Both the position numbers and the translations under genes were made by a program. Below the pieces are notes generated by a model. It was not told the origin of the DNA. It made no database searches and saw nothing but the letters and a program-made list of their open reading frames with translations. 64,000 nucleotides of DNA from a virus (Duplodnaviria > Caudoviricetes), in IMG/VR virus record IMGVR_UViG_3300021431_004524, positions 128,001 through 192,000 of that record, one strand, 5' to 3'. Of the stretch, positions 15,996 to 26,587 are shown piece after piece; positions within the stretch are counted from its first letter, which is position 1, and every line of letters starts with the position of its first letter.

Positions 15996-16081
15996 TGGGG
16001 ATTAGTTTAATGGTAAAACGACGGCCTCATAAGCCGGGGACATTTGTGTGCATTGTGTTGGTCCGAATCCAACATCCCCAA
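15996..16081 (+). tRNA. tRNA(CAT) (Met or Ile2) with long variable region
   Basis: TGGGGAT/ATCCCCA; CGGC CTCATAA GCCG; ~19-nt variable region. Confidence 0.7.
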
Positions 16082-16182
16082 CATTTTTAGAAAGTTGTCC
16101 CAATATATCGTAGGGAGCATGCAATTGTCTTGAAATACAGACTTTTGCATATTTTATTTTATATATAAAGACTTATTATTAA

Positions 16183-16554
16183 TTGAAAATGAGCGTAAAC
16201 AGATATGATGAATTATTAAGACAGTTATATGAGAAAGACTTTGTTAATTTGAGGTTCACTGTATTCAATTTTATTGACAGTGACGGTTATGTAAATGAAA
16301 TTTCGGCATTGAATAAGGCACATTACGGTATTGATGATTTTGAATTTATGGTATTTGACATTTCTGATGAGGATAAAAAGGCGATTAAGAATGGAAATGC
16401 GTTTATAATTCAGAAATACCGTGCATTTAAGCATTATATTGAAAAAGAGTGTCAGGAAGTTCCGAATTGTGCTATTTTCATCATGAAAGATTTAGGGATT
16501 GTCATTGCGGTTAAGTTAAAATATTATAATCTTGGAAAAATGAAGGAAGTTTAG
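16183..16554 (+). CDS. hypothetical protein
   Basis: ORF; probable start ATG 16189. Confidence 0.6.
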   Translation: MKMSVNRYDELLRQLYEKDFVNLRFTVFNFIDSDGYVNEISALNKAHYGIDDFEFMVFDISDEDKKAIKNGNAFIIQKYRAFKHYIEKECQEVPNCAIFIMKDLGIVIAVKLKYYNLGKMKEV

Positions 16555-16622
16555 TATTTTTTAACGGTATTTCTTTTGGGATATCGTTTTTTTGTAGTAT
16601 TTTTGCATTAAATTTATAGATT

Positions 16623-16844
16623 ATGGCTTATTATTCAGAGAAAACTTGTAAATGCATTAAGGAATTTGTTGCACTTCCTGATAATGTTTTTTCCAATGAG
16701 GATGAATTATATTTCCATGTTGGAAGGGAGTATCAGGTTGACATATATGCGTTATATTTCAGGGTTTATCAAAATGGTGGTTATAATGACTATGTTAATT
16801 TGGATGATAGTGAATTTTCGGAATATTTTAGATTAATTGATTAA
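16623..16844 (+). CDS. hypothetical protein
   Basis: 73-aa ORF after a Bacteroidota-type promoter. Confidence 0.6.
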   Translation: MAYYSEKTCKCIKEFVALPDNVFSNEDELYFHVGREYQVDIYALYFRVYQNGGYNDYVNLDDSEFSEYFRLID

Positions 16845-16858
16845 AAAATGTAAGTTAT

Positions 16859-17785
16859 ATGAAAGATTACAAAGATGTTTTTGAGAAATTGGTGAATGGT
16901 ACTGAGGATTATGTGAAGAATAATGGCTTGAAGAGCCTTGTACTAGGAATCTCTGGCGGTATTGACAGTACTGTAGTCGCAGCCATTGCAAATGAGGTAA
17001 GTAACCGCCTTGGTATTCCTTTTATTGGGCGTAGTTTGCCTTGTAAGACAAATGGAAATGATGAAATCAGTGCCGCCACGATGGTTGGTAGTGCTTTCTG
17101 TACTGATTTTAAGGAAGTTTCAATCCAGAAGTTGTTTGAGGCATTTAAACCGGTTATTACTGAGAGTGAGGGTGATAAGTGTTGGTCTGATATTTCACAA
17201 GGTAATATCAAGGCACGTTTGCGTATGATTTATCTATATCATTTGGCAAGTAACAATTGTGGCATCGTTTTAGACACCGACAACCTCTCAGAGCACTATT
17301 TGGGGTTCTTCACCATTCATGGAGACGTAGCGGATTTCAATCCAATCGGTGATTTATGGAAGACTGAGGTATATGGTCTTGCTAAGTGGCTTGTTGGTTA
17401 TTATGCGAACAAATGTATCGAAGGCCGTGAGAATAACCAGAAATATTGTGACATGTCGACTGCATTGCAAGAATCAATTAAACTAACCCCTACTGACGGT
17501 AATGGTGTCGCTGTTGGTGGTGATATGGCACAGATTGCTCCCGGTTACACATATACTGAAGTCGATGAAATTCTTCGTCTTGTGATTAAGCATGAGATTG
17601 ATGATTGTTATGGATGGCATACATTTGAGAATATAGTTGATTATAAGAATCTGTGCAATAAGTATGGCAAGGAAACCGTTGATAGGGTAATTTCAAGATA
17701 CCGTAAATCAGAGTTCAAACGTAAGCACATGCCCATTGTAATTAGAATTAAGGAAAATCCAAGTGATAAGTTACTTGAATCATAA
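16859..17785 (+). CDS. nadE: NH3-dependent NAD+ synthetase
   Basis: LGISGGIDSTV, GNIKARLRM, GFFTIHGD, PIGDLWKTEVY. Confidence 0.92.
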   Translation: MKDYKDVFEKLVNGTEDYVKNNGLKSLVLGISGGIDSTVVAAIANEVSNRLGIPFIGRSLPCKTNGNDEISAATMVGSAFCTDFKEVSIQKLFEAFKPVITESEGDKCWSDISQGNIKARLRMIYLYHLASNNCGIVLDTDNLSEHYLGFFTIHGDVADFNPIGDLWKTEVYGLAKWLVGYYANKCIEGRENNQKYCDMSTALQESIKLTPTDGNGVAVGGDMAQIAPGYTYTEVDEILRLVIKHEIDDCYGWHTFENIVDYKNLCNKYGKETVDRVISRYRKSEFKRKHMPIVIRIKENPSDKLLES

Positions 17786-17838
17786 TTTCGCAATAGATTG
17801 GTATTTTTGTAGAAAATAGGTTAAAAAATTGGTTTAAA

Positions 17839-18573
17839 ATGGATAAATCGCAATATATTGGGATTGTTGAGAATACTGACCCTTGTTTCCACTTGGAAAT
17901 ATTTGATAATTTGTATGATGGCAACATCATTATAACAAAAAGATTGACAGATAAACTAAATGAGAAACTTATTCAATATAAAGAAAAATGTATATTACAT
18001 CTTACTGTTACTGGTATGGGTGGTTCAAAGGTTGAGCCTTTTGTACCGTCGGTTGAACAGTCTTTTAAGAAATTCAAGAAACTAATTGAAGATGGTTTTC
18101 CGATTGAACATGTTGTGTTAAGAATTGACCCGATTGTACCGACTGATAAGGGAATAAACACGGCTTTACATGTTATTGATGTATTTAAGGACTGTGGAAT
18201 AAAGAGGGTTCGTTTTTCTGTGTTGGATATGTATAAGCACGTAAAAGAACGATTTGAAAAGGCTGGTATTACTATACCTTATCACACATTTCATGCACCA
18301 TTGGAAAAACGTTTGGAAATACGTGACAGATTAGTGGAATTAGGCAATCAATATGGTTTTGAAGTAGAGGCGTGTGGTGAGCCTGGTATTGAGAGCATTT
18401 CATGTTTATCACAGAAAGATATTGACATTTTAGGCTTAACTGACAGGATTAAATTAGAGGGTAATAAATGGCAGAGGAACAGTTGTAGTTGTCCTGCCAA
18501 TAAGACACAGTTATATAAGAATAAAATGGAGCATTGTCAGCATGGTTGCCTTTATTGTTATATCAAAGACTGA
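17839..18573 (+). CDS. DUF1848-like / radical-SAM-like protein
   Basis: EPFVP, LRIDPI, C-terminal CSC...CQHGCLYCY. Confidence 0.7.
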   Translation: MDKSQYIGIVENTDPCFHLEIFDNLYDGNIIITKRLTDKLNEKLIQYKEKCILHLTVTGMGGSKVEPFVPSVEQSFKKFKKLIEDGFPIEHVVLRIDPIVPTDKGINTALHVIDVFKDCGIKRVRFSVLDMYKHVKERFEKAGITIPYHTFHAPLEKRLEIRDRLVELGNQYGFEVEACGEPGIESISCLSQKDIDILGLTDRIKLEGNKWQRNSCSCPANKTQLYKNKMEHCQHGCLYCYIKD

Positions 18574-18662
18574 CAAAATGGCAGAAAATTAGAATTGGCA
18601 CAATGTTTGAATATATAAGTAGTGAAATTAGAAAAATAAAATTTTAAAAATATAAAAGAATT

Positions 18663-19256
18663 ATGAAAAAGTATGATTTAAGTACAGTATTCGGTAATGT
18701 TACCGATTTGTTTAATGATTTCATGGATGATTTTGATTTTACTCCAACGACATTTTTCAATGATTATTCATGGATGAAGCCAAGTTATAAAATGGAAGAC
18801 AAGGGCGATAAGTATGCCGTTTCAGTTGAGTATGATGAAAATCATGACGAAGTTAGCGTTGATGTAAATACCGACAAACGTGAAATTACAATTACAGTTT
18901 CATCTAAGCCAAGCCTTTTCCAATCTTGCACATATTATGGAAAGTACACAATGACAGTTCCAAAGGATTGCAATCTTGAAGCCGGTTGGTCTAAGGACAT
19001 TGATAAGGAAAACGAGAAGATGGTAATTTCTTTTGATAAGGTTAAACAGACTGCACCTGAGAAATTGGAGAAGATTTGTAAAAATGAAGGTGCTGAATCG
19101 GATACCGATTATAAGAAACTTTATGACAAACTTTTGGTCCTTACTGAAAAATATGATGAGAAAATCAAGAGTCTTGAGGAAAAGAACGATAGACTTCGTA
19201 AGGATAATGAAGACCTTGCAAAGAAACTGAGTAGTATTAAGAACTTATTCAATTAA
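18663..19256 (+). CDS. Hsp20-like small heat-shock protein with C-terminal coiled coil
   Basis: F/D-rich N-terminus, beta-rich core, directly upstream of dnaK. Confidence 0.55.
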   Translation: MKKYDLSTVFGNVTDLFNDFMDDFDFTPTTFFNDYSWMKPSYKMEDKGDKYAVSVEYDENHDEVSVDVNTDKREITITVSSKPSLFQSCTYYGKYTMTVPKDCNLEAGWSKDIDKENEKMVISFDKVKQTAPEKLEKICKNEGAESDTDYKKLYDKLLVLTEKYDEKIKSLEEKNDRLRKDNEDLAKKLSSIKNLFN

Positions 19257-19287
19257 TAAAAATACGAATTTTAAATAAAAAAGAATT

Positions 19288-21264
19288 ATGGGAAAAGTTA
19301 TTGGTATCGATTTAGGAACTAGCACAAGTGCAGTTTCTGTTATTGAGAGTGGTAAGCCTGTGATTGTTGCTAACTCTGAGGGTGGTCGTACAACACCTTC
19401 AGTTGTTAGTCTGAAAGATGGTGATATTAAGGTTGGTGCTGCTGCCAATCGTCAGCGTGTTGTTAATCCTGATACAACGATTTCGCTTATTAAGCGTTTC
19501 ATGGGTGTAAATTATGACCAATGTGAGAATATTGTTAAGCATGTATCATATAAAGTCGTTGATGTTGCCGGAAAACCGCGTGTTAGGATTGATGGCCGTG
19601 ATTATTCACCAGAGGAAATTTCTTCATACATTGTCAATAAGATGAAGAAGACTGCTGAGGATTACCTTGGTGAAGAAGTTAAGGATGCCGTTATTACAGT
19701 TCCAGCGTGGTTTGATAATAATGCCCGTGAAGCGACGAAGGTTGCCGGCGAAATGTGTGGCTTAAATGTACTTCGTATTATTAACGAGCCAACAGCGGCT
19801 ATTCTTGCAAGTAATATTGATGTTAAGAGCGGTGATAAGATAGTTCTAGTAGCAGACCTTGGTGGTGGTACTACAGACTTTAGTGTATGTGAACTTTCAG
19901 ACGGAATGGTGGAGGTACTTGCTTCTCATGGTGACGTATTCCTTGGCGGTAGTGATTTCGATAATGCGATTGCCGAGTGGGTCATTGAAACATTTAATAA
20001 GGAGAATAATGTTGATTTGAGAAAGTCACAGGATTCAGCACAGGCATTGCAGCGTATCGTCGAGGCTGCTGAAAAGGCAAAGATTGAGTTGACAACTTCA
20101 CCTTCTACCGAGATTAATCTTCCTTATATTACTGTTAAGGACGGTACTCCGTTGCATTGTGTAATGACACTTACAAAGGCTAAGTTTGCACAACTTACAA
20201 AGCATCTTATTGATAAGGCGATTGATTGTGGTGTTGAAGCAATGAAAAAAGCCAAGGTTGCCTATAATGAACTTGATTGTATTCTTCTTGTAGGTGGTCA
20301 GTCACGTTCAACGGAATTCCAAGATGCACTTACTAATACATTTGGCGTACCTCTTAATAAGAGTGTAAATCCGGATGAGGCTGTAAGTATGGGTGCTGCT
20401 GTTCAGGCCAATATCATTGTTGGTGGCGAAGGTGCAGGAGACTTGCTTTTGCTCGATGTAACACCATTGACACTTGGTATTGAGACTATGGGCGGTGTGA
20501 TGACAACAATTGTTGAGGCTAACACTACCATTCCTTGTAAGAGGTCGCAGACTTTCACAACGGCTTCTGATAATCAGCCTGCTGTTACCATTAATGTACT
20601 TCAAGGTGCGAGACCAATGGCAAAGGATAATAAATCAATTGGTCTATTCAATCTTGATGGTATTGCTCCGGCACGTCGTGGTGTTCCAAAGATTGAGGTC
20701 ACGTTCGACATTTCGGCTGATGGCCTTGTAACTGTAACGGCTGTTGATAAGGCTACCGGTAAAGAACAGCATATTACAATTGAAAATAAGTCTTCACTTT
20801 CACAGGAAGAGATTGAGAGAATCAAGAGAGAGGCTGAGGAACATGCTGCCGAGGATGCCAAGACCAAGGAGAAACTTGAAAAGGCTAACAAATGTGAAAG
20901 TCTGATTTACTCAACAGAGCAGACACTTGATAGCCTTAAAGATAAGGTTACTGATGATGAGAAGGCTTTCTTCAACGGAAAGATTGAAGAGTTGAAGAAG
21001 ATGAAAGAGTCTGATGATTACACCAATTTCGAGACTATTGAAAAGGAAGTGCAAGAGAAGTGGTATGGAATTTCGGCAAAGGCTTATGGTGCTCAGAACG
21101 GTGGTTCTAACCAATTTGGAGGTGCTGGTAATCCGTTCGGTGGATTTGATGCATCACAGTTCGGAGACATTTTCGGTGCGGCTGCCGGTGGCGCAAAGAC
21201 CGAGACTCAGACAGCACAGCCTACATCAGAATCAGATGCTGAAGAGATTCAAGACGCAAAGTAA
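19288..21264 (+). CDS. dnaK: Hsp70 chaperone DnaK
   Basis: [36 protein letters not shown]. Confidence 0.97.
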   Translation: MGKVIGIDLGTSTSAVSVIESGKPVIVANSEGGRTTPSVVSLKDGDIKVGAAANRQRVVNPDTTISLIKRFMGVNYDQCENIVKHVSYKVVDVAGKPRVRIDGRDYSPEEISSYIVNKMKKTAEDYLGEEVKDAVITVPAWFDNNAREATKVAGEMCGLNVLRIINEPTAAILASNIDVKSGDKIVLVADLGGGTTDFSVCELSDGMVEVLASHGDVFLGGSDFDNAIAEWVIETFNKENNVDLRKSQDSAQALQRIVEAAEKAKIELTTSPSTEINLPYITVKDGTPLHCVMTLTKAKFAQLTKHLIDKAIDCGVEAMKKAKVAYNELDCILLVGGQSRSTEFQDALTNTFGVPLNKSVNPDEAVSMGAAVQANIIVGGEGAGDLLLLDVTPLTLGIETMGGVMTTIVEANTTIPCKRSQTFTTASDNQPAVTINVLQGARPMAKDNKSIGLFNLDGIAPARRGVPKIEVTFDISADGLVTVTAVDKATGKEQHITIENKSSLSQEEIERIKREAEEHAAEDAKTKEKLEKANKCESLIYSTEQTLDSLKDKVTDDEKAFFNGKIEELKKMKESDDYTNFETIEKEVQEKWYGISAKAYGAQNGGSNQFGGAGNPFGGFDASQFGDIFGAAAGGAKTETQTAQPTSESDAEEIQDAK

Positions 21265-21402
21265 GTTGAAACGATGAATGTATTAGAAATAGTAGGTGGT
21301 TTTTAGTAATTACCTACTATTTTAATTATTTTTAACATAAAAATGTTGGTAAATTAAGAATAAAGTATTACCTTTGCAGAGTTAATAGTATATATTAATG
21401 TT

Positions 21403-22497
21403 ATGGCACAGAAAGACTATTACGAAATATTAGGGGTAGATAGGAATGCATCCCAAGATGAAATCAAAAAGGCATATAAGAAAATCTGTCTTCAAAATCA
21501 TCCGGACCGTAATCCTGGTAATAAAGAGGCTGAGGATAAATTTAAAGCGGCTGTTGAAGCCTATGACGTACTATCAGACCCACAGAAGAAACAGCAGTAT
21601 GACACATTCGGTACTGTAGATGGACAGTTTGGTATGGGCGGTGCTGATTCCACAATGGATGAAATACTGAGACGTTTCATGAAACATGGCGGTTTTAACA
21701 TATTTGGTGATGATGACGAATTTATGGGTGGTTTCAGACAGCAAACGGTGATGCGTGGTACGGATGCAAAGGTTAGGGTTACGTTGACTCTTGAAGAAGC
21801 ATATAAGAGGGGTAGTAAAACTATTAAATACAATAGGCTTAAACCTTGTAAGTCATGCAATGGAAAAGGCTCAAAGGACGGAAGTACCATAGGTATGTGT
21901 CCTCACTGTCATGGAACTGGTTACATAACTCAGGTACAGCAATTTGCATTTGGTTTTTCACGTCAGACTGTTCAATGTCCATATTGTAATGGAAGTGGAA
22001 AGAAAATTACCAATCCGTGTCCTAAATGTAATGGAAGTGGTCTTGAAATGATGGAGGAATCATTCACGTTTGATATACCGGCCGGTGTAACTGACGATGT
22101 TACAATGAGAATACCAAGAAAGGGTAATTATTGTGAACGTATGGAAGGACAGGAGGGTGATTTGGTGATTTATTTCAGAATCGCTGAAAATGCCCGCTTC
22201 AAGATTATACCTAATAGCCCTTATGATTTGGCTTATATCGATGAAACACCGGTTTTGGACTGTATAACGGGTTGCGAGAAAACTATTAAGCATATTGATG
22301 GCAAGACATACAAATACACGTTGAGACAAGGTATTGAAGATGGAAGTATTATCAATTTAACCGGTAAGGGACTTGCGAAGAGTAATGGCTTATATGGAGA
22401 TTTGAAGATTGTTGTTAAATACAGGATGCCAAAGGCTATTACAAGTGAGGAAAGAAAGTTAATCGAAAAATTAAGAAAAACAAATAATTTTAGTTAA
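21403..22497 (+). CDS. dnaJ: co-chaperone DnaJ
   Basis: [11 protein letters not shown], four CxxCxGxG repeats. Confidence 0.96.
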   Translation: MAQKDYYEILGVDRNASQDEIKKAYKKICLQNHPDRNPGNKEAEDKFKAAVEAYDVLSDPQKKQQYDTFGTVDGQFGMGGADSTMDEILRRFMKHGGFNIFGDDDEFMGGFRQQTVMRGTDAKVRVTLTLEEAYKRGSKTIKYNRLKPCKSCNGKGSKDGSTIGMCPHCHGTGYITQVQQFAFGFSRQTVQCPYCNGSGKKITNPCPKCNGSGLEMMEESFTFDIPAGVTDDVTMRIPRKGNYCERMEGQEGDLVIYFRIAENARFKIIPNSPYDLAYIDETPVLDCITGCEKTIKHIDGKTYKYTLRQGIEDGSIINLTGKGLAKSNGLYGDLKIVVKYRMPKAITSEERKLIEKLRKTNNFS

Positions 22498-22498
22498 T

Positions 22499-23005
22499 AT
22501 GAGTTTAAATGCAAGAAACGGTAAGCGTAAGGCTACACCAAGGGCATCATTCAGTTATACGGATGCTGATTTTGAGCGTGTGATGGGTATTATGTTGGGT
22601 CTGACTAATAATGCAAGATGTTGTAAGGCGTTGGGTGAGGTCGTAAAGGAGATTGGTGATGAGCAGCTTACCAAATTGTTCATCCATGACATTGGCGAAT
22701 ATTGGACATCATATTGCCGTTATTTTAAGGGTCTGAAGGACGTTGATACTAAGTGGCACTATGCGATATTCGATGGTTTTGCCAATCGTGGCGGTAAGGT
22801 TGATTTCATGAACAAAGAATGTGGCGCAAGCAACTTCAAGTATTTCAAGTGTTGTTCGAAGTATGCCAATGCACATTTAACTCCGTTGACTTCTAATAGG
22901 AAATATGAGGTATTCCTTCGTTTCTTATCCCAGACCGTTACGGCAAGTATTAGGGAGAAACGTAGGGAATTTCAAGTCGATGGCATTAATGCTAAGAAAT
23001 CATGA
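22499..23005 (+). CDS. hypothetical protein
   Basis: 168-aa ORF in operon. Confidence 0.7.
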   Translation: MSLNARNGKRKATPRASFSYTDADFERVMGIMLGLTNNARCCKALGEVVKEIGDEQLTKLFIHDIGEYWTSYCRYFKGLKDVDTKWHYAIFDGFANRGGKVDFMNKECGASNFKYFKCCSKYANAHLTPLTSNRKYEVFLRFLSQTVTASIREKRREFQVDGINAKKS

Positions 23006-23445
23006 AGTATTCAGCAGGCATTATTCCTTTTAGAGTTAATTCAAATAATGAATTAGAGTTCTTCGTCGGTCATCCGGGTGGTATTGGATGGAGAAACAGA
23101 GAATATTGGGCATACCTTAAAGGTGGTGTGGAAGCGGGTGAGAATTATGTAACCGCCGCTATACGTGAGTTTAAGGAGGAATCAGGTCTTTCAATGGAAG
23201 ATTGTGAAAGCCAGATGTTGATACCGCTTGGTACGAGTTTGCAGAACCCAAAAAAGACTGTTATTGCATATGGCTTGCATTATCCAAATATCAATCCGAA
23301 TGACTGCCATTCAAATATGGCCGATAACGGGCTGAATCCTGAGATTGATGCTTATAGGTGGCTCACATATGAGGAATTGAAAAAGTATACCCATCCGGCA
23401 CATCTTATTTTTTATGAAACACTAATTAAGATGAACAAGAGGTGA
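23002..23445 (+). CDS. Nudix hydrolase
   Basis: KGGVEAGENYVTAAIREFKEESG Nudix box. Confidence 0.9.
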   Translation: MKYSAGIIPFRVNSNNELEFFVGHPGGIGWRNREYWAYLKGGVEAGENYVTAAIREFKEESGLSMEDCESQMLIPLGTSLQNPKKTVIAYGLHYPNINPNDCHSNMADNGLNPEIDAYRWLTYEELKKYTHPAHLIFYETLIKMNKR

Positions 23446-23448
23446 ATA

Positions 23449-24024
23449 ATGATTAATATTATCAAAGATAAGGAGCCGATTTGGGAAACCGATAAATATG
23501 ATGTCATATTGGTAGGTACAAGCATATATAATATGTTATCAAACGGTTTCCAGTCTAAATTACGGTTAAAATACCCGTATATCGAGGAAATTAACGATTC
23601 TACGAACTATGGTGACTTGCGTAAATTGGGAAAAAGGATGACAATACAGGGAAAACCGATAATTTCCTTGATGTATATTGCCAAATATCCTAATAGCCGT
23701 AGGGAATTTATTGATTACGATGCACTTGAGCATGCTTTATCTACCGCAAATGCCGAATTTAGGGGTAAAAAGGTCTTAACCACCATGTTGGGATGCTCAA
23801 AGTTTGACGGAAACGGTGACAAAGATAAAGTTTTGGAAATAATCAATAGGACCGCCAATAATTTGGAACTGGATGTATATGACTATCTTCAATTGGAGAA
23901 AAGAAAGGAGATTGCATTGCATTTCAAGAAAATAAGGGAGTTCGAGACAACAGAACCGGAAAAATTCAACCAATTATGGCCTATTAGGAAAGAACTTATA
24001 AAGGATTTATACTTAGAATTTTAA
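23449..24024 (+). CDS. putative macrodomain-like protein
   Basis: Loose macro pattern (IIKD..I, N..S.GFQ..L..KYP, DYDALE.AL, LGC...G.G). Confidence 0.5.
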   Translation: MINIIKDKEPIWETDKYDVILVGTSIYNMLSNGFQSKLRLKYPYIEEINDSTNYGDLRKLGKRMTIQGKPIISLMYIAKYPNSRREFIDYDALEHALSTANAEFRGKKVLTTMLGCSKFDGNGDKDKVLEIINRTANNLELDVYDYLQLEKRKEIALHFKKIREFETTEPEKFNQLWPIRKELIKDLYLEF

Positions 24025-24031
24025 ATAATAC

Positions 24032-24565
24032 ATGATTAGAGGAAAAAATTCAATTGATGAACCACGTATTAATGACGAAATCGTCGGTTATGATGAAGTG
24101 AGACTTATTTACAAGGGTGATGATGGTGAAAACCATTCGGAAGTAATGTCTCTTGATGAAGCACGTGAAAAGGCTGCAAGTGAAGAGAAGGATTTAATTG
24201 AAATCAACCAGAATACAACGCCACCGATTGTGAAAATTGAGGATTATTCGAAATATCTGTATGAGTTGAAGAAACAGATGAAGAATAACAAGAAACCTTC
24301 TGTTACTTTAAAGGAAATCCAACTTAGCACGAACATTGCAAGTAATGACTTGTCGGTAAAGGCGAATAAGGCAAGAAAATTCATTTCTGACGGTGATAAA
24401 GTCAAGGTGGTATTAACTATGAGGGGAAGGGAGTTATCACGCCGTGATGACTCTAAAAAGTGTCTCTATGAGTTCATAGACATGCTTTCTGATATATCTG
24501 TGCCCGAAGCATTGCCACGTGACGAGAGAAATAAGTGTTTCGTAATCCTTAAAAAGAAAAAATAA
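24032..24565 (+). CDS. infC: translation initiation factor IF-3
   Basis: RINDEI...EVRLI, DLIEI...PPIVKI.DY.KY.YE, KEIQL..NI...D, GDKVKV...RGRE. Confidence 0.9.
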   Translation: MIRGKNSIDEPRINDEIVGYDEVRLIYKGDDGENHSEVMSLDEAREKAASEEKDLIEINQNTTPPIVKIEDYSKYLYELKKQMKNNKKPSVTLKEIQLSTNIASNDLSVKANKARKFISDGDKVKVVLTMRGRELSRRDDSKKCLYEFIDMLSDISVPEALPRDERNKCFVILKKKK

Positions 24566-24967
24566 ATGATTAAAATAAACCGGCATTTTGATGAAAACAG
24601 TCCTTTGATAAGAAAGATTAATTTAGTCGAACGATTATGTGAATTGAAATACAGGGCAACTGGTCGTACAACAAGATTAGTTGATGAATATGTACAGAAT
24701 TTGTATTCAAAACCGAACGAGTGGATTGGGATAACCGACCATTTTTGGAATTATAAAACCGGTAAGACTGATACGGGGGCAAACTATTCAATTTTTAATA
24801 AATTGATGCACCGTCTAAGTGACGAACACCCTGGCGATAAATTCGACTATCGTAAGAATGGTAATCATATGGAAGTAAGACTTGTATCTTCTGTAAGTGG
24901 GGAATACATAAACGAAGAGATTAAGAGATTAGAAAAAGAACTTATGGAATTAAATACAAAAGAATAA
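24566..24967 (+). CDS. hypothetical protein
   Basis: 133-aa ORF with RATGRTT motif. Confidence 0.65.
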   Translation: MIKINRHFDENSPLIRKINLVERLCELKYRATGRTTRLVDEYVQNLYSKPNEWIGITDHFWNYKTGKTDTGANYSIFNKLMHRLSDEHPGDKFDYRKNGNHMEVRLVSSVSGEYINEEIKRLEKELMELNTKE

Positions 24968-24970
24968 AAA

Positions 24971-25852
24971 ATGGGTTTTTTGATAGATTGTAAATCACAA
25001 GATTGTGGATATTGGAACAGAACTGATTTAACTACCGCTTATTTTGATGATATAAAGGATTATCCTTTACTTTCGAGTAATGAGGAACGTAAGTTGCTTG
25101 AAAGGGCAAGGTCTAAAAATCCGTTTATTGCATCGGAAGCACGTAAGAAACTTGTTGAGAGCAATCAACGTTTCGTCGTATCGGTTGCAAGACGATGGCA
25201 AAAGGGTGATAACCTCATGGATATTGTGAATGAGGCAAATATAGGGCTGATGCATGCAATTGACAACTATGACCTTAATAAGAAGCAGCGTTTTATAACA
25301 TATGCCGTATGGTGGATTAGGAAATACATCAATGACTATATCATTTTCAAGGAAAGACCGATTGTACCTGCAAATGCCGTTAAACTGTACACTTATGTGC
25401 CAAAGGTAAGGAATGCGTTCTTTACGGAGAATCACCGTTATCCCACTTTCGATGAGTTAAAGGAGATACTCAAGAAAAAGCATAATGTAAGTGTTAAGCA
25501 TGACGAGGATTTGGAAATATTCTCAATGACTTCAATCGATGATACGTATTTCGAGCCTAACGAACATGTTATGAGTGAGGACACCATCGAATATGAGAAT
25601 GTCACCTCATCCAATAATATTGAGGATGATAACGATAAATCTGATGTTAAGACGATTGTAAGCACATTACTTCAATATCTTAATGAAAAGGAACAGAAAG
25701 TCGTTAAATTGTACTATGGCATTGACTGCCATGAGAAAGGACTTGATACGATTAGTGATGAAATGGACGTTTCAAAGGAAAGAGTCAGACAAATTCTTAT
25801 TTCTTCCTTGAAAAAACTGAAGAAAAAGACTAACTTGATTAATAAGATATAA
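24971..25852 (+). CDS. RNA polymerase sigma-70 family factor (RpoD/SigA-like)
   Basis: LVESNQRFVVSVAR, DIVNEANIGL, RFITYAVWWIR, region 4 SKERVRQI. Confidence 0.92.
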   Translation: MGFLIDCKSQDCGYWNRTDLTTAYFDDIKDYPLLSSNEERKLLERARSKNPFIASEARKKLVESNQRFVVSVARRWQKGDNLMDIVNEANIGLMHAIDNYDLNKKQRFITYAVWWIRKYINDYIIFKERPIVPANAVKLYTYVPKVRNAFFTENHRYPTFDELKEILKKKHNVSVKHDEDLEIFSMTSIDDTYFEPNEHVMSEDTIEYENVTSSNNIEDDNDKSDVKTIVSTLLQYLNEKEQKVVKLYYGIDCHEKGLDTISDEMDVSKERVRQILISSLKKLKKKTNLINKI

Positions 25853-25861
25853 AGATAAATT

Positions 25862-26428
25862 ATGGCAAAGGTTACTATTACATTTACAGAGGAACATATC
25901 AAGTTGATAAGGTGTCTTAGGTTTAAACAGATTGAAATAAGACATGAGAAGTCAGAACTTGGGAAGTATACCAATTACATACGCAAGAAACTTGATGCGA
26001 TTAACGGAACAATTGAAATAGGTGAGGAAATCCATGACATCTCAACTAAGTTGGATGCAATAGACAGGATTTCGGCAATTTCAAAGGCTTATGCGGCAGA
26101 GGATGTTGACAAGTATTATGGAATTGATACGTATGACCTGTTCAATTGCGACTATTGGTATGACCAAATGGCACATATTGTCGGATTGTCAGACAAGGTG
26201 ATACCGGGGACTGAAGAGGATACAAACGGTCCGAAATACCCCGAAGAGGTTATTAAACATCTTATGGAATTGGATGATTTCCTTGTAACTAACATCGTGA
26301 GTATCGAGGATATTATCCACCAATTCTGTAACAGGGGCGGTATAGAAGCCGGTGTTACATATGTATCATATGACTATGAAGGCATATGGTATAAGGAAGA
26401 GGATTGGAAGAAAATAGGTAGAAGATAG
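25862..26428 (+). CDS. hypothetical protein
   Basis: 188-aa ORF. Confidence 0.7.
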   Translation: MAKVTITFTEEHIKLIRCLRFKQIEIRHEKSELGKYTNYIRKKLDAINGTIEIGEEIHDISTKLDAIDRISAISKAYAAEDVDKYYGIDTYDLFNCDYWYDQMAHIVGLSDKVIPGTEEDTNGPKYPEEVIKHLMELDDFLVTNIVSIEDIIHQFCNRGGIEAGVTYVSYDYEGIWYKEEDWKKIGRR

Positions 26429-26587
26429 TTTATTTTTAATTTTTATATTTATAATAATAAGGAGTGACGCTATTCACATAGAATCACTCCTTTTTTTGAC
26501 TATATATACTAAACTTTAATTAAAATTACGAGTACTCGTTAAATAATTTTGCCTAAGTTTATAAAATTGAAGAATCAAGTAAATTCT

